Shown piece after piece: positions 1 through 9,356 of a DNA stretch of 64,000 nucleotides. The stretch is from Candidatus Latescibacterota bacterium (GTDB lineage Bacteria; Latescibacterota; UBA2968; UBA8231), in contig CBDCNM010000002.1 of assembly GCA_965219385.1 (NCBI GenBank), positions 2,860,305 through 2,924,304 on the forward strand. The letters are read 5' to 3'. The notes below the pieces were generated by a model. It did not search any database, was not told the DNA's origin, and saw only the letters and a program-made list of their open reading frames with translations. A program made the position numbers and the translations under genes. Position 1 is the stretch's first letter. Each line of letters starts with the position of its first letter.

Positions 1-500
1 TCCACCTCGACCTCATTCCCCTCCGCATCTACACCAGTCCAGGTCTCCGGCGTGATCCGCGACCAAGCCATGGCCCGGGGCCGCCCCTGATCGAGAAAGG
101 CGGCTTCCCTGCGCTGGTGCAGCCAGACGGATTGTTGCCGCATCTCCTCCAGCCGGCCAAACGCCTTTTCCCAGCCGCTCTTGCGCAGGGCTTCAAAATC
201 CCCCCCGGCCAGAATCTCCACGGCCGCGTTTACGTCACCTGCGGCCTTTTCTTCCAGGCCTAGGTCCAGACAAACCATACACTGGCGGATGCCTTTCTCC
301 AGCCCCTCCTTATCCAGGCGGATGCCCTCGCGCCGGCGCCGGGCAAACTCCATGCCCCGGATCCGCAGATAGGCCATCAGCGCGTCCAGGAAGCGGGTGG
401 GCAGCTTCCCATAGTGCTGCCCCAAGGCGACGGCCCGTCCCAGCAAGCTGTCCATGTCGAGGCGGATCTGGTTCAGGTCGGGGCGCAGCAACTGGCTCAT
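1..500 (-). CDS. Hypothetical protein, partial (runs off window start). Its start codon overlaps the stop of the upstream gene by ATGA.
   Basis: Open frame on the minus strand from ATG at 500-498 to position 1 (MSQLLRPDLNQIRLDMDSLLGRAVALGQHYGKLPTRFLDALMAYLRIRGMEF...). The ATGA start/stop overlap with the gene at 497-1267 suggests translational coupling. I recognise no family. Confidence 0.4.
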   Translation of the reverse strand, partial: MSQLLRPDLNQIRLDMDSLLGRAVALGQHYGKLPTRFLDALMAYLRIRGMEFARRRREGIRLDKEGLEKGIRQCMVCLDLGLEEKAAGDVNAAVEILAGGDFEALRKSGWEKAFGRLEEMRQQSVWLHQRREAAFLDQGRPRAMAWSRITPETWTGVDAEGNEVEV

Positions 501-1267
501 GCGCCACCTCCTGCCCGCTCCCAGGCAGCGCGTATCACCCTGGCCAGCAACTCCGGCGCGGCGCGGTGCAGCTCCTGGATCACCTCGGCCACCTCCGGGT
601 CCTGGATCGGTGGCAGCATCAGGGCCTGGCCCGATTCGGAAAAAAGCTGGAAGGCGAAGACGGTGGCCTCGCCGACGGAAATGGTCGCATTCATATCAAA
701 GGTATCCACCTTGTCCAGGAACGCGTCCTCCAGCACGCTTGGGTCCACCTTGTAAAGCAACTGCGCTGCTTTGTTGTTGTCTTTGAGCGCGGCCACGGCT
801 TCCAGCCACTCCCACGATATTTTGCTGCGGTTGCCGTGGTAATAGACCGGGTCCAGGGTATCCTCTACTGCTCTTTCAAAGGCCTCGGGGGACATCTTCA
901 TCAGGGCTTCGGTGTTGAAGCGCAGGTACCGGGCATTCCGGGGCACCAGGATCTCGGCAAACACATCGGTGGGCAATTTGTCCACCACCTCGGGTTTGTA
1001 TCCCGGCCTGCCCTTTTCGTCCATGCCGGTCAGCGACAGCATCTCCTCCGGGTTTTCGTCCATGGCCACCAGGACCGCCTGCTCTTCCACCGACTGCGCC
1101 TGGACCAGGGCGCGCGCATCCGCATAGCGCCCGTCCCGCACCATTTCTCGCAGTTCGGCGTTTTTGGCCAGCAACTCCCCCAGATCCCCCGACCATTCCC
1201 CCAGCACCACCTGCTCGCCCTGCACTTGCAATGCATTGCCTTTCTCCGCGTCTGACTTCTGGTTCAT
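497..1267 (-). CDS. Hypothetical protein (256 aa), first gene of a two-gene coupled operon.
   Basis: ORF track; mixed non-repetitive composition unlike the GC-driven antisense artefacts. I recognise no family. Confidence 0.5.
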   Translation of the reverse strand: MNQKSDAEKGNALQVQGEQVVLGEWSGDLGELLAKNAELREMVRDGRYADARALVQAQSVEEQAVLVAMDENPEEMLSLTGMDEKGRPGYKPEVVDKLPTDVFAEILVPRNARYLRFNTEALMKMSPEAFERAVEDTLDPVYYHGNRSKISWEWLEAVAALKDNNKAAQLLYKVDPSVLEDAFLDKVDTFDMNATISVGEATVFAFQLFSESGQALMLPPIQDPEVAEVIQELHRAAPELLARVIRAAWERAGGGA

Positions 1268-1334
1268 GAGTCCTCCTCGTGCAAAAAGTGGACCGGGGGA
1301 ACCGCCCCGGGAAGGTGGGTAAGCGGCAGGCTAT

Positions 1335-1364
1335 AAAATAGTAAAAGGGGGTGCGCGTTGTCAA
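1335..1364 (-). promoter_or_regulatory. Candidate sigma70-type promoter for the minus-strand two-gene operon (TTGACA-N18-TATTTT on the minus strand).
   Basis: tgtcaa at 1359-1364 (reverse complement TTGACA) and reverse complement of 1335-1340 is TATTTT. This lies in an unusually AT-rich 250-bp island in a GC-rich genome. Confidence 0.25.
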
Positions 1365-1414
1365 TAAAAAAATATCATAACATATTATTAAAACTATATT
1401 TATGAAATTTTTAC

Positions 1415-1443
1415 TTGACATTTCGAAGGCTTTTTCGTAGATT
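1415..1443 (+). promoter_or_regulatory. Candidate sigma70-type promoter (TTGACA-N17-TAGATT) upstream of the M81 peptidase gene.
   Basis: ttgaca at 1415-1420, 17-nt spacer, tagatt at 1438-1443, followed by taatat. AT-rich island. Confidence 0.3.
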
Positions 1444-1458
1444 TAATATACGCTGGTA

Positions 1459-1496
1459 AGAGGGCTGCAAAATCACCTGCAGGCCCTCTTTTCTTT
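1459..1496 (+). terminator. Hairpin plus T-tract in the 5' leader of the peptidase gene; possible attenuator or leader terminator.
   Basis: agagggctgca / tgcag(g)ccctct stem (about 11 bp with a 1-nt bulge), 8-nt loop, then ttttcttt. It sits between the candidate promoter and the start codon at 1557. Confidence 0.3.
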
Positions 1497-1556
1497 AGGC
1501 CATTACTCGATAGAGGATTCTCGAAGGCAACGGCACGTTTTTCCCTGGAGCAACTT

Positions 1557-3032
1557 ATGCGAATCGGAATTCTGTCCCTCATACACGAATCAAACACCTT
1601 TGCCGTGACGCCGACGACGATCGATATGTTTCGGCGCGACGATCTGCTGATCGGCGAAGAGTTGCGCAGTAAATACGAGAGAGGACACCATCAGATCAGT
1701 GGATTCTTCGCGGGGCTGACAGAGGCTGGCATGGAGGCCGTCCCGCTTTTCCACGCCTCCACGCCGCCGTCCGGGACGATTGTGAAGGAGACTTGTGATG
1801 AGTTGATCCGGCTGATGTTCGAGGCGCTGGATCAGGCCGGACCGCTCGACGGTTTTCTGGTATCGCCGCATGGAGCAAATGCGGGAGAGGGAAGCGATTA
1901 TCGGGATCTGGATGGGTTCTGGCTGGCGAAACTGAGAGCGCACGTCGGGCGGGAACGACCCATCATCTGCGTCATCGATCCACACGCGAATCTGTCGCAG
2001 CGCATGGTCGAGGCGTGCGACGCGACCATCGCGTATCGATCCAACCCGCATCTGGATCAGAAGGAACGCGGACTGGAAGCGGTCGATCTGCTGGTGCGAG
2101 CCCTGCGCGGAGAGGTGAAGCCGGTCCAGCGGGCCTCCTTTCCGCCATTGGGGATCAACATCGAACGACAGGGGACGACGCTGTGGCCCTGTCTGCCGCT
2201 TTGCGAACTGGCGAACAGCCAGCTGGAGAAACCGGGTGTGTTGTCCAACAGCGTCGTGCTCGGATTTCCCTACGCCGACGTCGAGGAAATGGGGTCGTCG
2301 GCGATCGCGGTGACCGACGGCGACCCCGAGCTGGCGCAGCGGCTGGCCGACGAAATAACCGCCTACATGATCGCGCATCGAGATGAATTCATCGGAGAAT
2401 ACATTGCGGTCGAACAGGCGGTCGAACAGGCGGTCGGCCTGGAGGGGCCTGTCTGTCTGCTGGATATGGGGGACAACGTCGGTGGAGGATCGGCGGCCGA
2501 CAGCACCCTGATCGCCCACGAGATCCATCGGCGCGGCGATGCGACCGGGTTCGTATGTCTTTTCGATCCCGAGGCGCAGAAACAGGCCCGTGCGTCGGGC
2601 ATTGGGACGCGCTTGACGCTGAGGATGGGTGGGAAGACGGACGATCGCCACGGTGAGCCCCTGACGGCTGAAGTGACGGTCGCGAGCCTGCACGAAGGCC
2701 GTTTTGAGGAATCCGAGGTGCGGCACGGCGGTTTGACCCAATTCGACATGGGCCCGACGAGTGTGGTGACGACGGATACCGGTTTGACCATCAGCCTGAC
2801 CGATCGGCGCGTGGTTCCGGTCAGCCTTGGCGTGGTGACGAGCCTCGGCCTGGACCCGGCCGTTTTTCAAATTCTGATCGCCAAAGGGGTGCACGCTCCG
2901 GTGGCGGCGTACGAACCGGTGTGCACGCGGCTGATACGGGTCAACACGGCGGGTGCGACGGCGGCGGACATGCGCACCTTCGCCCATCAGTACCGGCGCA
3001 GACCGATGTATCCGTTCGAAGAAATCGCCTAA
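1557..3032 (+). CDS. M81-family metallopeptidase (MlrC / DUF1485-DUF1446 type), 491 aa.
   Basis: Length and sequence organisation typical of microcystinase-C-like M81 peptidases. The antisense ORF 1590-2987 is Arg-rich low-complexity and rejected. Confidence 0.65.
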   Translation: MRIGILSLIHESNTFAVTPTTIDMFRRDDLLIGEELRSKYERGHHQISGFFAGLTEAGMEAVPLFHASTPPSGTIVKETCDELIRLMFEALDQAGPLDGFLVSPHGANAGEGSDYRDLDGFWLAKLRAHVGRERPIICVIDPHANLSQRMVEACDATIAYRSNPHLDQKERGLEAVDLLVRALRGEVKPVQRASFPPLGINIERQGTTLWPCLPLCELANSQLEKPGVLSNSVVLGFPYADVEEMGSSAIAVTDGDPELAQRLADEITAYMIAHRDEFIGEYIAVEQAVEQAVGLEGPVCLLDMGDNVGGGSAADSTLIAHEIHRRGDATGFVCLFDPEAQKQARASGIGTRLTLRMGGKTDDRHGEPLTAEVTVASLHEGRFEESEVRHGGLTQFDMGPTSVVTTDTGLTISLTDRRVVPVSLGVVTSLGLDPAVFQILIAKGVHAPVAAYEPVCTRLIRVNTAGATAADMRTFAHQYRRRPMYPFEEIA

Positions 3033-3057
3033 CCACCCGGGCCCTGCGGATCCTGAG

Positions 3058-4504
3058 CTCGACTTTATCCATTTATGTAGCGTACGAGACGGTGTGTATC
3101 AAGCGGTTGAGTAGGCTTCGAGGGATTTTTATCAGGTCGTGTTGGTTGGGCAGGTTGGAAAAAGCCTGCCAGAGCCGTTGTCGGACCCAGGCCACGGCAT
3201 CGGAAAAGGTGGGTTTTCGTTTGCCATACCAGGCCGTGGCATGGCAGGGGGAGGCGCTTTTGGGGGCCAGCCGATTGGCGATGAGGGCGACCAGACTAAA
3301 CAAGGCCAAGATGACCGGCGTGGTCCGGGCAATGGCCCGCTCATTCCATTGGCGTTGGGTTTCCATGCCCAGATGGGCGCGGGCTTCCTCAAAGGTAGTT
3401 TCTACCGACCAGCGTTGGAGAAAATAGGTCAGCATTTGCCGAGGGGACAGACGCACATCGGTCGAGAGCAAGGCTTGGGGCGCGAAGCGGCCGGCCGGGT
3501 CTCGGATCAGCAGCCAGCGGAGGGGCACGGCGGGCAAGCCAGTGTGATACCACAGCGCCGTTTGGCTGTAGGTTTCCACTGTATAGGGGCCGGCGGCATA
3601 CCACCGGTCCAGGGTGAGGGGGTGCCAAGGGGTAGTCGGATCGTCCAGGTGCTGCTGGAGGGTGGGCTGCCGGGCGCCTTTGCCGCGGGGGCGTCCCCGC
3701 GTGTGCGGCGTGCGGGTTGGTGGTGGGTCATACAGGGCCGCATCCAACCGCAAGCGGGTAATCAGCCCCACGTGGGGCCGAACCGCGTCGAGAAAGGCCA
3801 AGGCGGAGAAGGTGCTATCGGCGACCACGACCAGCCGGCGGGTGGGCAGCCAGCGCGCTACCAGCTTGAGCATAGTCTGCCCCCGTTGCAACAGGGTGAG
3901 GGGGGTGCGCTGGCGCTGAGTATAGTAGCGGGCCGACGGACACAGCACACTCATAAAGGGTAAGGCCCAACTTCGATCCGCCCAAGGGATAGGCGCTACC
4001 AGCATCAACGACAGCCAGCGCAAGCCGCTAGCCTTGACCAGGTGGGGCCCACTCGAGCGGACGGGATCCCGGTAGATGCCTCGGGCCCCAATCTGGGCGC
4101 CCCGGCGCCGCTCGATGGTCTCATCCAGGCCCAGGACCAGGGGCCCGTGGGGGGCAAAGGCGGCCACCAACGCCTGGAGGAGTAGCTTACTGCCGGCCAG
4201 GGGCGACCACACACAGCGGTTGAGGATCCGGTGGTAGGTTTGAAAGGTAGGCTGTTGGCTCAAGCCCAACACCTCCAACACGGCGCTGACCGTGCGTTTA
4301 CCCGGGGCTAACAGCGCCCCGACCAACAGCGTCTGAGCCTGCGGCCAAACGCGGCTCGAAAAAAGGGGGGCAAAGGGCGACAAAATCGTTATTATATCCT
4401 TCGGCAGGGGGCTCATCGGTTTCTCCTGGGCTGTCGATGCTTGGATACCATCAACAGTACGGAGGATACCGGCCTCCTGCCATGCGCGTTTGGATAAAAT
4501 CGAG
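3058..4504 (-). mobile_element. IS701-family-like insertion sequence, copy 1 (1447 bp). Terminal inverted repeats CTCGACTTTATCC / GGATAAAATCGAG; 5-bp TSD CTGAG.
   Basis: Identical in length to the copy at 18168-19614 with a single base difference. Imperfect 13-bp TIRs. CTGAG present at 3053-3057 and 4505-4509. Confidence 0.8.
3073..4416 (-). CDS. DDE transposase, IS701/IS4-superfamily-like (447 aa).
   Basis: Contains the LGLDETIERRRG...IYRD block that corresponds to the DDT...KKG...YCG region of IS701-type transposases. Start MSPLPKDII at 4416 has an AGGAGA RBS. The longer ORF to 4614 is an upstream in-frame extension. Confidence 0.8.
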   Translation of the reverse strand: MSPLPKDIITILSPFAPLFSSRVWPQAQTLLVGALLAPGKRTVSAVLEVLGLSQQPTFQTYHRILNRCVWSPLAGSKLLLQALVAAFAPHGPLVLGLDETIERRRGAQIGARGIYRDPVRSSGPHLVKASGLRWLSLMLVAPIPWADRSWALPFMSVLCPSARYYTQRQRTPLTLLQRGQTMLKLVARWLPTRRLVVVADSTFSALAFLDAVRPHVGLITRLRLDAALYDPPPTRTPHTRGRPRGKGARQPTLQQHLDDPTTPWHPLTLDRWYAAGPYTVETYSQTALWYHTGLPAVPLRWLLIRDPAGRFAPQALLSTDVRLSPRQMLTYFLQRWSVETTFEEARAHLGMETQRQWNERAIARTTPVILALFSLVALIANRLAPKSASPCHATAWYGKRKPTFSDAVAWVRQRLWQAFSNLPNQHDLIKIPRSLLNRLIHTVSYAT

Positions 4505-4650
4505 CTGAGAAGCCGTCTGGAAATCTCCGCTGAGCCCCAAACGTGGCTGCCAGCGCCGTGGGGCACCGCTCCACCTGCTGCCGCGGGCACTCGCAGCCCA
4601 CCACTCTGCCTCATTCACCTGAAAGCAGTAAAGGAGCTGGTCATGAATGT

Positions 4651-5620
4651 TCCACCGGTGGACGGTACTCGAGTAGCCGCCACTGATCTGCGCACGCTGG
4701 TAGGCGATATCTTCAAAGAGGTGCCCATTCCCGAGGAACACGCCCTGCTGATCGCCGAGTTGCTGGTCGACACGGATTTGCGCGGTGTCGTCAGTCACGG
4801 GGTCCTGCAGGTCAACCGCTACGTGCGTTCCTACCAGGAGGGCAAGACCAATACCCACCCCCAGATCCGGGTTTTGCGGGAAGGGCCGGTAACCGCGGCC
4901 CTCAGTGGAGATGGAGGCCTGGGCATGCCCGTCGGGACCCGGTGCATGCAAATGGCCATCGAAAAGGCCCGGGAACTGGGGGTGGGGGTGGCGACCAGTA
5001 CCTACAACGGCCACATCGGCAGCGCGGGCAAGTACGTGCGTATGGCCCTGCGCGAGAACTTGATCGGAATCTGCTTTTCAGGTCGCAGTGCAGCGCCGAG
5101 CTACGATCCCAACAGCACCGTCCGGGGATCAATCCAGGGCAGCCCCCCCCTGGCCTTTGGCATGCCCTCCGGGCCTGACTACCCGCCCTTTCTACTGGAC
5201 TTCTCCAGCGGCTTGTCGATCAGTGAGGAGCACTTTGCAGAGATGCCGGAGATCTTCTTCAAGGCCATTGGCATCTCCCACGTGGGCAATATCATGAGCG
5301 GCACCCTGGGCGGGCAGATGCTGCCGGAGTTTGAGCGCGACAAAATCCACTACAGCAACGCCGATCAGTCCGGGTTTTACCTGGCCCTGAACATCGAATG
5401 CTTTGTGCCCCTCCAGTCCTTCTTGGGCGATATGGACCAGTTGATGGAAAAGACCAGCCGGATGAAGCCCTTCCCCGGGTATGCTGAGGCCGATCTTCCC
5501 GGGGGTCCCGAGTGGAGGAGAGAAAGGGAATTCCTGGACAACGGCATTCCGCTCATGGACCAGGCCGTGGAGTCGCTGGAGGTGCTGGCCGTGGAGTTCG
5601 GGCTCGAGGTGCCGTGGTAA
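4651..5620 (+). CDS. Malate/L-lactate dehydrogenase family (Ldh_2) oxidoreductase.
   Basis: MNVPPVDGTRVAATDLRTLVGDIFKEVPIPEEHALLIAELLVDTDLRGVVSHGV... matches the Ldh_2 family N-terminus. AAGGAG RBS before ATG 4651. The track ORF starts inside the IS. Confidence 0.7.
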
Positions 5621-5639
5621 CTACACCCCCACCCAGGCG

Positions 5640-5779
5640 GCCAGGGCCGTGGCCCACTCGATACTTTGCCTGGAATAATCAGGCGGGAAGGGAACCAGTC
5701 GTAGGTGACCAGCTCGACAAAGCCGGTATAGCCGACTTCTTTGAGGGCGCCAAACACGGCTTCCCAGTCCACGATATCC
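5640..5779 (-). pseudogene. Remnant C-terminal fragment of a sugar phosphate isomerase/epimerase (xylose-isomerase-like TIM barrel).
   Basis: Translation ...DIVDWEAVFGALKEVGYTGFVELVTYDWFP... is the typical C-terminal motif of that family. No N-terminal part exists; the fragment abuts a solo MITE end. Confidence 0.4.
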
Positions 5780-5829
5780 CCAGAGGCACAATCCCTGCAC
5801 GGCCAACCGCCGATTCCGTGAAGTACTGA
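5780..5829 (+). repeat. Solo right-end fragment (~50 bp) of the MITE-like repeat family.
   Basis: ccagaggcacaatccctgcacggccaaccgccgattccgtgaagtactga matches the right ends of the copies at 11501-11604 and 39540-39788. Confidence 0.6.
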
Positions 5830-6141
5830 ATATGTCTGGCGAGGATCTTGATTTTGTCGTACAATTCTCCACCTATTATTCTGGAATGCCATGCTCGAAA
5901 GCATAACCGACATGATAATCGGAGCGGGCGGTACGGTGGGGTACCTGTACGCGTGGAACCGGATCCTGGCGGCCAATAGGGTGGACGAAGAGGCCGGTCC
6001 CGAGGATGCCAGGCGAGCCCGGTGGAGGACGAGGTACTGGCAGGTGTTCTTTTTTGTTTTGCTCACTCCGTATGTACTGCTGTTGTACTATTTGATGGGA
6101 CAGGTGCCTTGAGGTGAGTTTTTGTAAACGAGGATAAAGAG

Positions 6142-7149
6142 ATGGCACCATCCCTTCCCGACGTATTGCCGCTGCGTCCTTATTTCAGGGAAGTGGTCTG
6201 GGGCGGCCGGCGCTTGCAGGAGTTCTACGGCAAGGACCTGCCGGAAGGCAAGTCCATCGGCGAGTCCTTTGAGGTATCCGCCTGCAAAGACCAGGAAAGC
6301 GTGGTGGCCGCCGGACCTCTGGTGGGTCGGAATCTACAGAGCCTGGTCGAAGAATACCAGGGGGAACTGGTAGGCCAGAGGGTTTGGGAACACCACGGCG
6401 GGCTGTTTCCACTGTTGATCAAGCTGATCGACGCCCGGGACGATCTTTCTATTCAAGTACACCCGGACGATGCCTATGCCCGCGAGAAGAGGCCGGGAGC
6501 ACAGGGCAAGATGGAGGCGTGGTACGTGCTGCACTCGGAGAGGGGTCGGATAGTGTACGGCCTGGGAGAGGGGGTGAGCGCCGCCGATCTGGCGGCGGCT
6601 GTGGACGCCGGGCGGGTGGAGGACGTGGTCCGGTCCTTTGAGGTCAAAAGGGGGGATGTGGTATTCTCGCCTCCGGGCACGGTGCACGCTCTGGGTCGGG
6701 GGGTGATGGCATACGAGGTACAGCAGTCCAGCGATCTGGTCTTTCGCCTCTACGACTACAACCGTCCAGGGTTGGACGGAAAGCCGCGGGAGTTGCACAT
6801 CGAAGCGGCTCTGGAGGTCATTCGTTTCGATGAAAGGATGCCGGAGCCGGCCTCCTGGCGGCACTGCCCGGGCGCCCGGGAGGGAGGGGCCACCCTGGTG
6901 GAGTCCGACCACTTCCGGCTGGATCTGCATTGCCCATCCGCCCCCCAGAGCAGGCACCAGACAGGCGAGTCCTTCCTGGCGCTCACCGCGATTCAGGGAG
7001 AGGCGATCATCAGGGGACGCCGGGAGCCCCATCGCTTGAGACCCGGCGCCACGGTCCTGATTCCGGCCCACCGGGAATTTTCAATCCAGCCCACCGGCGA
7101 GGCTGAGCTCGAGTACCTGATCGCGTCTCCATCTTTTCAGCAGGAGTAA
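6142..7149 (+). CDS. manA: Mannose-6-phosphate isomerase, class I (bacterial short type).
   Basis: Motifs VWGG, LSIQVHPDD, KMEAWYVL, GTVHALG, SDLVFRLYDYNR. Confidence 0.75.
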   Translation: MAPSLPDVLPLRPYFREVVWGGRRLQEFYGKDLPEGKSIGESFEVSACKDQESVVAAGPLVGRNLQSLVEEYQGELVGQRVWEHHGGLFPLLIKLIDARDDLSIQVHPDDAYAREKRPGAQGKMEAWYVLHSERGRIVYGLGEGVSAADLAAAVDAGRVEDVVRSFEVKRGDVVFSPPGTVHALGRGVMAYEVQQSSDLVFRLYDYNRPGLDGKPRELHIEAALEVIRFDERMPEPASWRHCPGAREGGATLVESDHFRLDLHCPSAPQSRHQTGESFLALTAIQGEAIIRGRREPHRLRPGATVLIPAHREFSIQPTGEAELEYLIASPSFQQE

Positions 7150-7152
7150 AAC

Positions 7153-8232
7153 ATGCAATTCGTCATCCGGGCAGGCGGTATCGGCACCCGTCTATGGCCC
7201 TATAGTCGCACGGGCCGTCCCAAGCAGTTCCACGCCATGGTGGGCCGGCGCACCATGATTCAAGATGCGGTGGAACGGCTTGGTGCGATTGCGGCTCCAG
7301 AGGATATCTACGTTTCTATCGGTTCCGCCATGGTCAATCTGGTCCTGGAGCAGCTTCCGGCTCTGCCCGAGGCACACCTCATTGTCGAACCGGCCCTGCG
7401 CAATACCGGTCCGGCCGTGGGCCTGGAGTGCGCCCTCCTCGAAGCCCGCTATCCCGGCTGCACCATCGCCAGCCTCGGTTCGGACCACTACATCGGCAAA
7501 CCCGAGGAATTCTGCCGCTTGCTGAGAGTGGCCGAGACCGCCCTGGAGGAACATCCCGACTACCTTTTCACCCTGGGCGTCAAGCCTACGCGGGTGGAGA
7601 CCGGATATGGATACATCCGCCAGGGCGGGATACTGTGGAGGGTCGCGGATGAACCGGTTTATGCGGTGGAGCAGCTCGCGGAAAAACCGGACGAGGAGCG
7701 CGCCCGGGCGTATACCGAGAGCGGCGACTACCTGTGGAACAGCAATGTATTCGTGTGGAAGGCGGCCGCCGTGCTGGATCTCTTCGCTCGCTTTGAACCC
7801 GAGATGCACGAAAGGCTGATGCGCGTCAAGGCGGCGGTGAGCACCTCCGAGGAAGAAGAGGTCATCGCCCGCGAATACCCCGAGTTGAAGGCCGTTGCCA
7901 TAGACAATGCCATCATCGAGCGGGCCGGGCAGGTGGCTACCCTGGAGGCGGATATCGACTGGGGGGATATCGGCAGTTGGGCGGCCCTGACCGATGTGCT
8001 GCCCGCGGACACCGAGGGCAATCTCTTGCCCGGCGAGGTGCTGGCCCTGGATGCTCGCGGGGTCACGGCCTACGGTCCGGAGGAGAAGCTGATCGTCCTG
8101 ATCGGGGTGGAGGATCTGGTGGTGGTAGACACGCCGGATGCGCTGCTGGTGTGCCGCAAGGATCAGGCGCAACGGGTCAAGGAGGTGCTGGAGCGGTTGC
8201 AGGGGGAAGAGAAATACCGAGGGTACACGTAG
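7153..8232 (+). CDS. Mannose-1-phosphate guanylyltransferase (nucleotidyltransferase plus left-handed helix C-terminal region).
   Basis: MQFVIRAGGIGTRLWPYSR... N-terminal G-rich NTP-binding loop; about 360 aa, typical of ManC/GMP. Confidence 0.75.
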   Translation: MQFVIRAGGIGTRLWPYSRTGRPKQFHAMVGRRTMIQDAVERLGAIAAPEDIYVSIGSAMVNLVLEQLPALPEAHLIVEPALRNTGPAVGLECALLEARYPGCTIASLGSDHYIGKPEEFCRLLRVAETALEEHPDYLFTLGVKPTRVETGYGYIRQGGILWRVADEPVYAVEQLAEKPDEERARAYTESGDYLWNSNVFVWKAAAVLDLFARFEPEMHERLMRVKAAVSTSEEEEVIAREYPELKAVAIDNAIIERAGQVATLEADIDWGDIGSWAALTDVLPADTEGNLLPGEVLALDARGVTAYGPEEKLIVLIGVEDLVVVDTPDALLVCRKDQAQRVKEVLERLQGEEKYRGYT

Positions 8233-8415
8233 AGCCTTCTTAATACTACATTTGTCAATTGGCGGATAACGTGCTCATTGGTCCACTATTTTTGCCCATT
8301 TTGGGCGCAATCTTTCGGCCAATACCGATCAGGATTTGTGCTGTAAGATCCGAAGAAACAGCGCATTACTCCAAACGGATCGCTTTCAAGCCTTTCGGTA
8401 ATCTGCTGAAAAATA

Positions 8416-8453
8416 GGGACTTATGGAACCAGCACTCCTAATCGACAAAGTAA
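8416..8453 (+). repeat. Left copy of a ~35-bp direct repeat flanking the PhyH-aminotransferase-aspartate DH-like unit.
   Basis: gggacTTATGGAACCAGCACTccTAATCGAcaaAGTAA versus ggggatTTATGGAACCAGCACTgtTAATCGAAGTAA at 11401-11436. A 16-nt exact core plus further matches. Confidence 0.5.
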
Positions 8454-8523
8454 TATTAAGGATAATGCCATGAAACCGTTGAGCCGTCGCCAGATCGCCG
8501 AGTGGGAGTGAGAGGAGCTACCC

Positions 8524-9321
8524 ATGCCAACACCTATGGAGGAATTTTTCTTTGACCTGAGGGGGTACGCGATCCTCCCGGGAGCACTTGCTGCCGATCA
8601 CGTGCACGCCATCAACGCATGGGTCGACGCCTTGCCGCCGTTGCAGGCGGGCGACTGGCTCGGGAATATCGAGGTCCACACCTACGGCGGAATTGACGGG
8701 ATGAACCTCCAGAACATCATCGAGGGCGGCGAAATCTTCGAACGTCTGATCGACCATCCTGCCTGGATCGGCCTGGTGCGCCACTACCTGGGTATAAACG
8801 AGCCGTTTATCAACGAGGATTTTCTCAACCTGCGCGGCAAGGGCGGGTACATCGGCATCCACTCCGGCGGCTGGAAGAGCGACGGGCGGGTCAGGAGCGG
8901 GGTGCAGAACGGGAATTGGTGTGTCCAGTACATGTCGTTGATCGTGGCCCTGAACGATATCGGTCCGGGGGACGGTGCGACCGTGGCCATTCCCGCGAGC
9001 CACAAATCGTCCTTTCAGCACCCCCAGCAGGTGGAAGGGGTCGGGATCACCAAAAGGCCGGGCCAGGAGGTGGAAGGCACGGTGGAGCTTTATTTGCGGG
9101 CGGGCGATGCGGTGTTGTTCAACGACATGCTGATTCACGGCTCGGCGGATCGAACCAATCCCGGGTATCGCCGCACCCTGGTATTCCGCTACCTTCCCAG
9201 TCTGTACGCCCATCGCTGGCGCACGGTGCCGTCCGACGAGTTGCTGGCGCGCCTTACCCCCGAGCGCAGAAAAATCGTACAACCAGTCGAGCCGCACCGA
9301 CGGCCCGTGGCGAAAATCTAA
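8524..9321 (+). CDS. Phytanoyl-CoA dioxygenase (PhyH) family Fe(II)/2-oxoglutarate oxygenase.
   Basis: Size and overall pattern of PhyH-family proteins. GAGGAG RBS before ATG 8524. Confidence 0.6.
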   Translation: MPTPMEEFFFDLRGYAILPGALAADHVHAINAWVDALPPLQAGDWLGNIEVHTYGGIDGMNLQNIIEGGEIFERLIDHPAWIGLVRHYLGINEPFINEDFLNLRGKGGYIGIHSGGWKSDGRVRSGVQNGNWCVQYMSLIVALNDIGPGDGATVAIPASHKSSFQHPQQVEGVGITKRPGQEVEGTVELYLRAGDAVLFNDMLIHGSADRTNPGYRRTLVFRYLPSLYAHRWRTVPSDELLARLTPERRKIVQPVEPHRRPVAKI

Positions 9322-9356
9322 GACGGCTTCTTAAAATTCCTGGTGCGCCCCGTTGC

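Noticed and set aside
5377-6066. A 229-aa ORF on the minus strand overlapping the 3' end of the Ldh_2 gene.
   Set aside because: Only a ~45-aa segment (5640-5779) resembles a real protein (an isomerase C-terminus). The rest is read-through across a MITE fragment and the antisense of Ldh_2. Treated as a remnant pseudogene, not a gene.
5891-6112. A 73-aa ORF with a hydrophobic C-terminus between the isomerase remnant and manA.
   Set aside because: No RBS. It overlaps the antisense read-through of the decayed locus. Cannot be supported as a gene.
8421-8447. The TTATGGAACCAGCACT motif as a sigma54 (-24/-12) promoter.
   Set aside because: The GG-to-GC spacing is 5 nt rather than 10. The motif's orientation relative to the adjacent genes differs between the two copies.
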